A stretch of DNA of 55,595 nucleotides, filler included, from Platydemus manokwari (lineage: Eukaryota), in the NCBI GenBank assembly GCA_037951405.1. It is 5 parts of 5 records of this genome, joined end to end, with 100 filler letters (N's around TTAATTAATTAA, not from the genome) between each part and the next. Parts side by side here need not be neighbours in the genome. Positions count along the whole stretch, not along the records: positions 36,497 to 46,073 come from JBBMOY011230098.1; positions 46,174 to 55,595 come from JBBMOY011251318.1; 3 more parts are not named here. One strand, written 5' to 3'. This document shows, piece by piece, positions 40,601 through 53,100 of the stretch (its first letter is position 1; each line of letters starts with the position of its first letter). Below the pieces are notes generated by a model. It saw only the letters and a list, made by a program, of their open reading frames with translations, was not told the DNA's origin and did no database searches. A program made the position numbers and the translations under genes.

Positions 40601-41930
40601 TGCGGGGAGTGCACAGACATGTAGTAGTAGGTGTGTCCGGTCTTCAAAGACTGGAAGAAATTTGATTTCACAAGGTTCGTTTCATGTCTCAATCGAATTT
40701 GAATGGGTGCTGATTGTTGGTAGTTTCGATAGTTGATTGGCTGACATAATTCGGCATATTTTCGTATTGAATAGTTTCGTACACTCGATGCACCGGCACT
40801 TGATACAATGTAGAGCACTGAATGCGGTATTGAATTCAATGTTCCTTGAAGTATTCTTGTTGGCGATCCAAAAGGGTTTCTTTAAATGGATAAGTGATTT
40901 TTTTAAAGATTCCAAATGACTTAAATGTTCTTGTGTATTTCGATGAACATTGTCAGAATTTGCAAAGGAGTTGATCCACCATAGAATTTATTTTCTTATG
41001 CTTCCGATATATTTTGCGCTTCTTAGTTGATTTTTTCTTTATTTAGAGTCAATGTGTCTGGGCAAAACTGGTTTGAGCTTTCTCTTTTCATATTGGAGCA
41101 ATCACTACATTGGCAGGAGAAGGATCCAGTGTAGTTTATGAGTCTCGAGAACAGGCTTAAGGTTGTTCCTGTTTTTCTGTATTTGATGACTTTGTATGGG
41201 GTGGTGCCATTTAGGTTTGAAAGGTCGAGTGGATTGTCCTGTGGACTTGGTTGTTTTTGCATTTGGGTTTGATTGAGTACATTTTGGAATTATGGTTGAT
41301 GGCTTTATACTCTTGGTTGTCTGTTGTTTTGCTCAGTAAGATCTTTGCATTGTTTGGATTTTTGTAGGTGCGTTCTGGTTGTCTGAACGTATTTTGGTGA
41401 TTTTATCCCAAGTTTGTTGTACCGGGACGTTTTGTTTCAGTTAAAAAATCTGGGCACATTTCCAGGGTTCTTTTGAAAAGTCCGACTTAACGGGACGTTT
41501 CTGAGATAATGAATTAAGCAAATATCCGGGATTGGTGGTGATGTGGTAGATATTATCTTTGCCATAACGAGATTTTTTGGTTCATGTGAAATATTTATCA
41601 TGAATTAAATTTCAATTTAATTCAAAACAATTTTTATTCAAATTTTATTCAGTTATAATTCTAATTTTATAAAAAATTAAATTAATGTTAAATTAGAATT
41701 ATTTGTTTAAATCTTTGGATTTAACTAGATTGATGGTGTTTAGACTTTTCAGTTTGTTGTTAATGTGTGGTGCTGGTTATTGAGGAGAGAAGCAATGGTC
41801 TTTCCTGAGATTAAAAATTGTGTAATAAATAGGGGTTTGCCAAAACCATAGTTGAGTTTTGCCTACTCTTCGTTAGCTCGCGGTTTGTGAGAGAATCTTC
41901 TGGTGTTGAATCCGAATTGATTTTATCTAT
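37685..41930 (-). mobile_element. Degenerate RLE-type non-LTR retrotransposon (R2/NeSL/R5-like), copy A
   Basis: Ordered minus-strand fragments: Cys/His-rich N-terminus (41262-40552), RT motifs 'SPSGNDGLTY', 'IPDQWK', 'PIALTDLFYRIF', 'LCWIDLKDAFPSL.HE' and 'PIRIHRGV'. After an internal deletion of the YADD region come 'KLGG', the zinc knuckle 'CGR*..EQETDAHIFIHCP', RLE 'AHIIDL.IPFD' and 'GVLGSWDP', then a 3' stem-loop and AATAAA. Confidence 0.88.
41420..41700. mobile_element. Short insertion with hAT-like subterminal CCGGGA/CGGGAC motifs inside copy A
   Basis: CCGGGACG, CGGGACG and CCGGGAT motifs plus an AT-rich tract interrupt the T/G-skewed retroelement sequence. Confidence 0.35.
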
Positions 41931-42301
41931 TCTAGTGAGCTAGTAATACGTCAGTCTTGTTCTGATAGTTGCTTTCAAGATGCAACAATTTTTGCTCTAA
42001 ATTGTAGAGGTAATTCCGGATCTTCCAAAACTCCTCTCCAAAGTGAGACTTAGTCCAAAGGGAATAGTCAACCGTTCCATTTTCGTCCTCGAGAGTGCTT
42101 CCATATTGTTCTTTGCGATGACTAGCCTTTTCATTGAAATCGGAAATTGCAACATAACAAGTTGAAACCGAAGGGCATTGATTGATTGGAATTAGATTAT
42201 TTAAAAGGTGTTGATATTGAGATTGCATAGTTGTGCAATAGTTTCTTGCTTGAAATTTAGTTTATTTTCATTAAGTGGAACTTCATTGAAACAAAGAATG
42301 C

Positions 42302-44165
42302 TAAAATTTATTAAACATAAACATAATTTTCTTGGCGATGCGGTGGCACATGTCATCACATCAATACACAATATATACAATAGCATTCTTTGAATGATTT
42401 GTTCTTTGAGATTCTTGTAACAGATTTTCACTTGTTTCGTTTGATAGATATCTATCAGTTCGTGGTCGATGAGTTCAGTTGGTTAAAAGCCCTATCTCAT
42501 GATGGTTGCTTCAGTTTTCTTTGATCAGTATGCGCTTTGTATGCTACAAAGGCGTCTTTTAATACAGTTTTAATCAGAAAATCTGCGATGTATGTGATCT
42601 GCGGTTTATCGAGACCAATGTTATTGAGAACCTGGAGTCCCATGAGCCAAGTACTCCAATGCAGAGTACATCCAGCTAGGTTTCGTATCTGCTTTTTGTT
42701 TTAATTTCTGTAGCAATTGATGGTATTTTTCGTAGTTCAATATCCGGTGTTTTTCGAAGTTTTCATTTATATCGAAAGGAATCTTCAGGTCTATGATGTA
42801 TGCGTGCCTTTTCGCTTTGTTCTTCATAATTAGATCCGGTCGTTGTTTGATAATACTTTCCGGTGGGCTTGTGTCTATGTCAATGTCCAGTCCAAGTGAT
42901 TGTTGATAAGTTAGAATAACTAAGTGCCTTTTTGATGCTATACCAGGGACTGCTGGACAATAAATGAATACTTGAGCGTCAGTTTCCTGCTCTGTTTGAC
43001 ATCTTCGACATAGTTTTGATTTCCCCATTTTGATGAAATATGGACTGTAATTGAGCGGGAGAAAATTGTTTCTGGCCTGGAATGCAAAGATCCAAACTTC
43101 CGGTGATTAGTGGAAATTTTTGAGAGGTTTCTGCGATAGATAGTCGGTTGAAAAGGAGTGGAAGAGTCTTCTTTGTTTTTTCATTTTCGCCCATTCATAG
43201 CAACGTAGTCATACAATATGCTCAATAATTTTCCTCAATTATCAAAATTAAAATGATACGTCTTATTCTCCACGGTTAATTTAAGCAAGACATTAGTATG
43301 ATGATAACAAAACTACACGTCCATTTTTATTTTCCGGAGTTTCCTGGCAGCGAACCTAGTTTTATTTCATCATGTTGCTGCAGATGATGGTTTCTCGATG
43401 GGTAGTTTGTCCGATATCCAGAGTAGCGCAATTGGTAAGTCATCTTAGTCGGTTCGGAAAGTTCTGAAGTCATCTTCCGGACTCGTGAGGTATTTGAAGG
43501 CTCTACCTATGCTATGGACGCAGTACTTCATTAGAGAAGGGGTAAGTTCAATTCCGCCAAGTTTCGTTGGATTGTATAGAAAATTGTCTTTGCTGGATTT
43601 TGAGCCATTCATATTTTAAATTTTCCATGAGATTTGGAGAATTTTTTTGTCAAATGATTGAACTAGTTGGCCGTGTTGGTCTGTAATTAATGTTCGTGAA
43701 TCTAATATTGTGGTTTTGACCTGTTGAATTCTGAGTTGGAACGGTAATCTCGAGGAAAGGAAGATGTTGAAGGCCTGGAACTTTTGCGAAGGATGAAGTC
43801 TGGAATCTGCAATCGCTTCGAAATCGGTGATAATTGATTCCAGTATGTGGTCCACCTGTGCTTATTTTGGTAGTCCAAAAGGTACTCTTAGATATTTATA
43901 TAGATTGTCCGCATCCACGATTGGTATTTACTGGTCGAAGATTGTTAAGTCAATACAGTTCCTGAAGTTCTTTGAAAAGTATCCGCAATTTGCTGTGTTG
44001 ATCGTTAGCTGAATGTCATTGGCTTGGTTATTAATTCTCTTTTCTAGGTAAGCCAATGTCGAAAATTGATTATCATAGACTGTGAGTGGTTCCGGTTTGC
44101 TAGTAGATGATCGTAGTAACGAGTCTATTGATAGAGAGAAAAGAGTCACGACGCTTAGTCATTCC
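42302..44165 (-). mobile_element. 5'-truncated degenerate RLE-type non-LTR retrotransposon, copy B
   Basis: Starts at RT motif 4/5 ('LS..TLFSLSIDSLL...LAY'), then 'YKYL..PFG', 'SRLHPSQKFQAFNIFLSSRLPFQL' and 'KLGG'. Next come the CCHC-like 'CRRCQTEQETDAQVFIYCP..RH' and the restriction-like endonuclease 'RPDLIMKNKAKRHAYIIDLKIPFD...EKY' (PD-(D/E)xK). Same 3' UTR motif as copy A. Confidence 0.9.
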
Positions 44166-44959
44166 CATGAAATTTGCACAATACTTTTTTTTTATTTGAC
44201 CATCAATTTTGACATAAAGTTTATGTTATTTTAAAATGAAATAATTTCTGTAAAAAGTACATAAATAACGTCTATCAACCCATCTTACAAATTTATACTA
44301 AGGTGAACTCCATTGTTTTAATACAAATCCTTGTGCTTACATCTTATGTTGTATTTAAATATTTAATTATCAGATATTAAATAAAATCCGGTGCTTACTT
44401 TGTCTCTAATAATGCATTATTTAATTTTCAGATTGTTAGTTTACATCAAATTCAGAATATTTTTAAATCATATTATTTGTTTTTTGCGATTTCATTCTTG
44501 ATACATAGAATATACTTCTAAATTAGAAATAAAAACTTAAATAAGGTTTTTGATTATTATTGATAGATCGATGCAAAGTGGCGTTAAAGGACATCTCAAA
44601 TTTTAAATAAATGGGCCATTTTCACATTTTATATATCGGATGAATTTGCGGAGAATAATAATTTTAAATTTATTGAAAAGCTTTTGAAAGAAAATAAAAA
44701 AAATAATTTTCGAAGAAATAATAATACTTAGAGAAAAGTTTTAACGTAAATTTTTAAAGATTTTCTTTGATTTCTCGGAGCAGTGTTAGATTCATAAATC
44801 ACTTGAATAATTTGAAATTTTTATAGAATTCTTTTCGTGTGTCTACTTGCTGTTAGGATTTCTGCTTTTATTTTGTGAAATTCGTTAAGCAACTAAGCTA
44901 TTTTAAAATTTTTCTTATGTTTATTCATTAGTGTATAAAAATTCTAGGTGTTCACTCTA

Positions 44960-45450
44960 GTTATACATCTATTGTTAACCAAAAACTCGACAAAATGTTG
45001 TTAATACGAAAGGCTGTCTCTTCATTTTGTGGTGTTGTGTTATCTGACGGCAAGTTTACTTGAATAAGTTTTACTCCAAGATTATAAATGATGATTTTTA
45101 AGTATTTTGGGATATAATCATCAGTAAAAAATAGTGTTAACATAGAACAAAACTTTTAATCTTACTGTGTATTTCTACAACTATCTGTTTATGAAAAATA
45201 TAATCGTTATCACCAGGCTCGTAAGATGATAATGTACACAGAAAGCCATAAAGCCCACCAAATTCACTAAACATACTGAAATTTGTAGGTGGTTTCGTAT
45301 TAATATAACCTTTTCCAAAATACAATTTGACAAGTAAATTTGTCTGTATATAAGTGTAACAGTGGCATCCGGCTCTTTCATTCGTTAAATAAATATCTTT
45401 ATATTTTTTGATCCATTCAAAATAAATGTATGCTAAAAATACCAACAAGG
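44960..45450 (-). pseudogene. Possible second GPCR-like (multi-TM) pseudogene fragment
   Basis: Frameshifted pieces: TM3-like 'LAYIYFEW...IYLTNERA' (ER at the DRY position), TM4-like 'ISVCLVNLVGFMAFC' and TM5-like 'LFFTDDYIPKYLKIIIYNLGVKL'. Confidence 0.3.
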
Positions 45451-45859
45451 CTTAATTTTTATCATATTAAAATATTTAATTCATAATACATTTTCATATT
45501 TTATTTCATTTGCCAAAAGATTTAGATTATTTTACTCCTGCTTGGCATTATGCTATTTTAGGAAAAGTGTTATCATCGTGAAGTCATAATTTTGAGCAAA
45601 TCATCAACATAGTAAAAGAATTCAATATTAAGTGGTTATCATGTTCATAAAATAATTAGCATTTTAAATTAAATCACCGATAATAAAAAATGGTTATAAT
45701 GTATTAATAATCAATAGTTATAATTATAATTTACCTCGAATTTTGTATTCCAATTTCAGTGATAGGTTCACATTTGGCCTACCATCCTCAAATTGGAAAG
45801 AACTTGTACAGTTAAATAAGGCATACCCAATTTCAGTAGACATTGGAATATATACATAA

Positions 45860-46010
45860 TTAGATCTTTCTTGTGTTAAATTTCTTTTAAAGTTGTTCGA
45901 TAACAAAGTTAATGTATATCTAGAAATATGTTGTGGTACGGCATTTGATAAACATCTGATTGTTTGACCTATATAGATAACGTTATTCATGTTTGTAATA
46001 TTTATTTATG
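45860..46010 (-). mobile_element. GIY-YIG endonuclease remnant (Penelope-like element)
   Basis: 'VIYIGQTIRCLSNAVPQHI' resembles the YIGQT.R.L..R..(E/Q)H motif of PLE GIY-YIG domains. It lies next to a gap. Confidence 0.5.
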
Positions 46011-49000
46011 AAAATCCAATTTGAAATTGAAAAAAAGAGTAAATCAATCTGAAAACAGTGGTCCAAAACTGTCNNNNNNNNNNNNNNNNNNNNNNNNNNN
46101 NNNNNNNNNNNNNNNNNTTAATTAATTAANNNNNNNNNNNNNNNNNNNNNNNNNNNNNNNNNNNNNNNNNNNNTTATTATTATTATTATTATTATTATTG
46201 TGATATTGTTAATTAATCTATCGTGTACTGAAAATGTTGGGTTCAACTATTTGTCATTTTTAAATTTTCTTGTTTTAATCTGTAATCTCATATGCTTCAG
46301 TATCTTCAAACAAGCCTCTCTATTTCAAATTGGTATGAAAATATTTTATATAATAATTTAAACTTATTAATTATAATTTATATTATTTAATATAATATTT
46401 CTGAATTAATATTTATCGATTATATTTTATAATTTATTCATGTCATTTAATGTCCTAGGGTTTTGGATTCAACAACCTCAAATATTGATTAAATTTCTAT
46501 TTTGGGAAGGAGAAGCATTCAATTTTGTTATTGATTACTAATATTGTTTTCAACAGACTTCCAATTCAGTGATTCATAAAATATTTTATGTTTAACTTTT
46601 TATCAATTTTAATATTGTGTGGTTTTCTATCATTTATTTTATGGAACAGCTGCATTGGACGCCCATATTGTAAATTAATATGAATATCAGAGAAATGGTC
46701 GCGTTTTCAAATTCTAACCAATGAGAGAATTATAAAATTGTGAATTCGATGTCTTATCAGATACTGATAAGTAGAAAGAATAACAAAATTATTTTACTGA
46801 TGAGCAATATATTGACATTGTCTCAATGACTCAATCAATCATTAAGCTCTTCCTGACTATTTCAAATATTATAATTATTATTACTATTTTATGTCTCTGT
46901 ATGGTTATAAAATATCATAAGATAGTGGCAAACACAACCGTTTACATTTAGATGACACCATAGTAAATATCAAAGTAATAATCACAATAAATGCTATGAT
47001 TTTAATAAATCAATAACTTATCTTATTTAATGGAACCCTAATAATATCAAACAATTAGATCTATTGATAGATATGGCCTTAATTGGTGACAGTGCGGAAA
47101 CAGTATTCAACCAAGAGAAGTTTTAACTTCAGTTCACTTTTCTGGGCTAGCTTCATTCTTCCAAGCAAAATTTAATTCAGCAGGAAATCGGAATTCCAAA
47201 ATTAAGTCTCAACCAGCTAACAGTTTTGTCCAATTGGGAAATTATTTTATTTATAAAATTGATTATATATTTTTAGATGAATTGATAACTCTATGTCACA
47301 ATAATTTTTGTTTTCGAATTTACTATTTTATTGGATTAATCCCAGCAATACAATTTGGCTTTGGGTCTTGTGTTAGAATATTATTATTATCAATTCACAC
47401 TCTCGATGAAGTGTAATATAGTTTAGAAATTCGGGAAACCGCAAACAAAAGTTACGTCACAGCTTGGAATTTTTATATATTAAAATTTTCTGACATTAAA
47501 GACCTTCCATTAAATTAATGTTGTTTTTGTTATTTTCTTCTGGTTCTAAAAGAGGCATCAATAGTAAGTATTGAGAAATATACAATCGGTAACCAATTAT
47601 CTAAAGATTCATTTTTCTTTTGAAATTTATAATTGAACACAAAGTGCAGCAAGAAGTAACTTAGGTAATCGTTAATACTCCACGTAAAGTTGATATTGTT
47701 CTGGGTACCGCACGACACTCTCTGCTTACTGGTTTACTGAGTTGCAGTAATGCAATTTTTATTTATCATATTTTCTATTATATGGTTGTTCTTTCCTGGT
47801 AATAAAAACCTAATCAATGAGTGTCGATTTGAAAGTTTCTAATTGTCTTATTTGGTTAGTGTGTCTTATTTGATTGTGTGTTGGTAATTTCGTAACAAAG
47901 TAAATGTGCAACTCCTCAAACATGCAATTGTGGATAAAATGCTAGTGTAAAAACGATTCCGAGGTTTAACTTCATTTCTAATAAATTGAATCCTTTAAGC
48001 ATTAATCGTTAGTGATTAACATGTTTTAATATCGGGATTAATTATAATTTTTGACAGTTATATCAATAGAATATACGAGCCTTTACCTTTACCATCTTTC
48101 AATGGGTAATCTCAATGAATAAAATATTGATTTAATTTTAAAACATATCCGGTAATGTAACAAAGTCCATTGAAAAGATGTTATGAAATTGGGGATTCAA
48201 ACATAATTGTGATAAATGATGTGCGATTATCAAAATGTAATTAACTATCAAACACACACAATGATATTTATATGAAAGGAGCACGAACGAATATAAATGT
48301 TTAGCAAATATGTTTAGCAAAATTAAAGAATAAAACTTCATGACAATAATAATAAAAACTATTCAAGATAAGAAATTAAATTCCATAAAAAAACAATAAT
48401 TAAATAAATTAATTTTAATTTCCTATTTGTTTAAATAAGTTAAAGAATAAGTGATAAAGCAGATCTTAAGGCAAAATCTGATAAAAAATAAAATTTTGAA
48501 TTCAATTGGTAAATAATAATTATTAAACTTAAGCTGATTTTTAGCATTGATAAATTTAAAAATTGATTTTTCTTTTTCATTGTAAGATCTTACGTTGTTT
48601 TCCTGTTAACTCAATGTTCTATATGACAACATAAAAAGCATCTCCTATAGTTTTAAATTTAAATTTCATTCTGTTATTTATTATCAATGAATTATTGTCA
48701 AAATAAAATCGTTGGTTTTTAGTCGTATTTATCTTCGTAAAACATTCTATTTTGAAATTGGTTTTAGTTTAACTTTTAATTTTTAGTTTATAATTGAAAT
48801 TTTAAACTAGCTGTTTAACCATTTTTTGTAAAATTATAAAGTTGAATTAATGTCAATCCCCATTATTTAAATTTATAAAATAATTTTTAAATTTAAATAA
48901 TCATTTTATAAGATTTTAAGTAAAAACATCACTTTTATAAATAAGTTGTAAAGTTTTGTAAAAATAAATTCTCCATTTGACGAAAATCATTATATAACGA

Positions 49001-49216
49001 TGAGTCATTCGATGATCGTCTGAATCCCGTCTTCTTTGCGACGACCTTCATCAATATAATTACTTAATACAAACTCAGTAATCAAATCCGGATTACATAA
49101 CTGTAGTCTATTAACTAAAGTCTACATTAATTTTTTATCATTAATTTAATCCTTTACATAATTGGAGTAAAAAATTGTTTATCGAATTTTTTATAAATCA
49201 AATCGAAGAATAGTCA

Positions 49217-49792
49217 ATGCTTATTAAACGAAAGGTAAGTCGTGATTTTCATGAAATTAATTATAGAAACCATCAATCTAAATGTAAGAATGATTTTCTT
49301 TCTTATTTTGAACTGTGTGTGAATTTTTCCCAATCATTTCCATTCAAGAAATCGATGATTTTTATCAAGAACGAAAGAAAATTATATTTCCAGAATACAT
49401 CGTTATGGACTTTGAGATATTTCCAATATCACTTCTTTTCCCTTAAACGTCCCCGTTCTCTTGACGGAGGAGATGTTGGATTTCGTAATAATTGTCCGAG
49501 AAAAATATCATGTTTGAATGAGACTTGTTTAGTGAACCATGAGATGGTGATTGATACGATTATATATTATGAAGACATATTGATTAACAAAACACCGAAA
49601 TTATTGAGAATTTTATCATCAGAGATCATTGAGGAAATTCCAAACGCATGTTCGATTTCCAAGCATGTTTTAATAAAATGTAATTCATACAAATACAAGA
49701 AACCCGTTAAAATCAAATATTTGTTTTATAATCCATCAAAACCAACCAAAAAATCCAACGAAGACAATATTGTAATCGGATATTTGTATTAG
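49217..49792 (+). CDS. Uncharacterised 191-aa ORF (possibly spliced; orphan) upstream of the CBP-like gene
   Basis: 576-nt stop-free frame in very AT-rich DNA. A strong donor AAG|GTAAGT at 49234/5 and an in-frame acceptor tttccag at 49393 allow a spliced version. No domain recognised. Confidence 0.4.
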   Translation: MLIKRKVSRDFHEINYRNHQSKCKNDFLSYFELCVNFSQSFPFKKSMIFIKNERKLYFQNTSLWTLRYFQYHFFSLKRPRSLDGGDVGFRNNCPRKISCLNETCLVNHEMVIDTIIYYEDILINKTPKLLRILSSEIIEEIPNACSISKHVLIKCNSYKYKKPVKIKYLFYNPSKPTKKSNEDNIVIGYLY

Positions 49793-50139
49793 TATTTTTA
49801 AATTTATTATCACTAAAAATTAATAATATAACATCAATCTCAGAATCCCATTTAATATTTGGTATGCACAAAAACAATGTATTGTATTAAATAAAATATT
49901 ACTTAATTCTTCTTTTTTTTGGTGAATTTAATTTTTTTTTTTTTAAAATTACACGTTTTAAAAATAATTTGAAAAATTCGTTTGTATTTCGACAATTAAA
50001 AGTTTTTAAATTGTTTTCTAATTGTTGTATGAATTTGTCGATTTGTTTTTGGAAAATTTCCATCGAAATAGTGTATTAGATGTAAATATATTTAAATAAT
50101 CGAATAATAATTTAATTGAAATTTTCCACATAATTTAGT

Positions 50140-53100
50140 ATGACTTCTGAAATATTTCTTAACCGAAAATGCAAAATACAATGGTCACCCGATACGTTGT
50201 TGCATCATTTTTTGCCATTGTATAATGTAATCTATCAACAACCATGTGCATCGGGTTTCAAAGATGAGGTTGATGCTGAAGCGTTAGGGATACCGGATTA
50301 TTATAAAGTCATTACAAATCCAATTGCTCTTTGTAATATCTTTGATAAGTTGAATAGTGGTAAATACGATAACCCATGGATGATTATCAACGACTTCTGG
50401 CTCATGTTCAATAACTGCTTGTATTTTAATAGAAAGTCCACTCAAATCTACAGCGATTGTTTACAGGTAAGCCAATGAAGATAATCAAATTAATAAATTA
50501 AATTTGATAGTTAATGGAAGTATTCACAAAAACAGCAAATAGTCTCATGCAGAAACTTGGATTCTGCTGTGCCAACCTGTTTTACTATGAGCCTAAATTA
50601 AAACAATGCAGTACCTCTAAATGCTGCTTAATCAAGACGAATGATGTTTACTATCGAGCCAACAGTCCGTAAGTATTCATCTTTATTAGTGGATTTTAAT
50701 AACATTTTAGTCAGCACGAATTTGTTGTATGCAGCAAATGTTTTATGAATAGTAAAGAATTTGTCCAAATAACGGATACCAAGTAATTTTGTCTATCATA
50801 ATGAATTGGTACTTCAGTGCTTTATCTAGTAAAATTCTCAAGGATTTGTTCGTTCAATTGAAAAATGATGTGAGAGAAGAGGAAAAATTCATCAGGTGTT
50901 CCCAATGCGAAAGAGATTGGCATACTGTGTGTGCTCTGTATAGAAATTGCGGAGAGGGTTTCATTTGTCCATCATGTAAATCAAGTCAAGCGGAAACTAA
51001 TTTGAGATATAAGGCAGAATTGATACCATCTTCAGAACTAAGTTCATTTATCGAAAGACAAGTTAACAATATTCTAAAGATCGAAGATCCAAACATTGAA
51101 AATATAATTATACGGGATTTCGTGGACGAAGATAATAAAATTGGATATTTATCTAAAATGAAGGAGAGATATCAGCTAAATAATTCCCCTGCGTATACAT
51201 TGCGAGCTATTTACGCTTTCACAAAAATCGATGGTGTTGATATAATGTTTTTTGGACTTCATGTTCAAGAGTTTTCTCCTTCGATTGAGGGTCCAAACAA
51301 AGGATGTGCCAGTATTACTTATCTTGATTCTGTATCATATTTTGAGCCAAGGCATCTAAAGACAAAACTCTATCACCAGATTTTGTTGAGCTACTTGGAT
51401 TTCATTAGACGGAAAGGATTGACACAAGTTCATCTCTGGGTTTGTCCACCGGAAATTGGAAACGACTACATATTCCACCGTCATCCAGTGGAACAAAAAT
51501 TACCGAAAAAAGATCGTCTGAAGACTTGGTATGAAGCTATTTTTCAAAAGGGCATTGAACTATCGGTGGTGAAAAAATTTGAAAGCATTGTAGATTATTA
51601 TCATGATAAATCTGTAACGAAACCGACTGATTTGGCATATTTTGATGGGGATTTTTGGCCGGGAGAAATTGAGAATATGTTAGGAGAAGTAGAAAAGGAA
51701 GTGAAAAATAGACTGAATTCATCAACGAAGATTTGTCGAAAAAGAAAGAGAAACAGAAAAGATACGTCAACGTACTTTGATATTGAGAACATCGATGGTG
51801 AAATTAGTCAAAGGCTGAATAAATTACTGAATAAATGGGGCGAAGATTTTATAGTGGTGACTTTAGTTGAGCTGCGTATAAAACAAGAAGAAACTATTCC
51901 CAATGGAACTGCGGGTTGGGTTTGTGAAATTTTGGATACCCGCGATAAATTTCTACCATTTTGCAAAGATTTTAACTTGGAATTTTCAACCTTAAGACGA
52001 GTGAAATATGCGACGATGATCATTTTAAATGAAATTTTCCGCGAGAATAAGAAATATAAATTCTTCTGTAACAATTGCCATAAAAAGGATATCACCACAA
52101 GGTATTATTGTAAACGATGTCTTGATTATGATCTATGCGAGAAATGTTTTTCAATCATCACCCATGAACACGAACTATTGCGAGAAGAGTCAGAAGTTGA
52201 AAAATTATCATTTGATAAATTATCAGAGTTAATAAGCCATGTCTTTATTTGTACTGATCGAGATTGTCAGGTGACAAAATGCTCGCGAATGAAAGATATA
52301 AAACGTCATGTCGATAGCTGTAATGTTAATGGGTGTAAGATGTGTAGTAAAACTTTTGCCGCATTTATCAGTCATGCCAAGCAATGCAATTCCATTAACT
52401 GCCCCGTTTATACTTGTATTACAAAGAATAAATCTAAAATAGCAAATATACAAGTATTTACACAAAATCACTTACAAAATAATTATCAAATGGAATCACC
52501 GTTTTACGTTCGAGGTAAACCGATGTCACACAGCACCCCTAAAATTGGTTCACAAATCAAGCCGAATCAAATGACACTTTGTGATCATAAGATAATCATT
52601 TTAAGTAAGATTCGAGAATTGAAAACGATTTTCCCTGATAAAGCCTTGGTGAATCAAGAGTTTAATAAATTCATGAAAAAGAATCCCCATTTAAATGAGG
52701 CTTACAATATATTAAATAAGATCCCTGCGCCAAACCAAGAAAATCGACCACATCGAACCTTTAATACGACTCCTACTAATAATATACAGATTCGTCAACC
52801 AATGCATTTCACAACACATCCTTCGAAAATATTGGCAGAGAAAATATATCCGTCGAATTTCAATCACGATCAAATTACACCAAAAATTGAACCATCGAAA
52901 GATCATTTCGAAATCTCATCGTCGAAGCCGATAATTTATCGTCCCAACATAATGGATAGAAATATCAGCAAACCAACCAGTATCACAATAAAAAAAGAGA
53001 ACGAAGTGTCGATTAATGTTGTAAATCAAACAAGAACGAAACCAAATCACAATCAACTGCCTGTTTTACACATAAGTTGTAATAATGGTAATAAACAACC

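Noticed and set aside
47530-48341. Hydrophobic short minus-strand ORFs as membrane-protein exons
   Set aside because: No consistent splice phases or recognisable motifs, and such ORFs are expected in AT-rich DNA.
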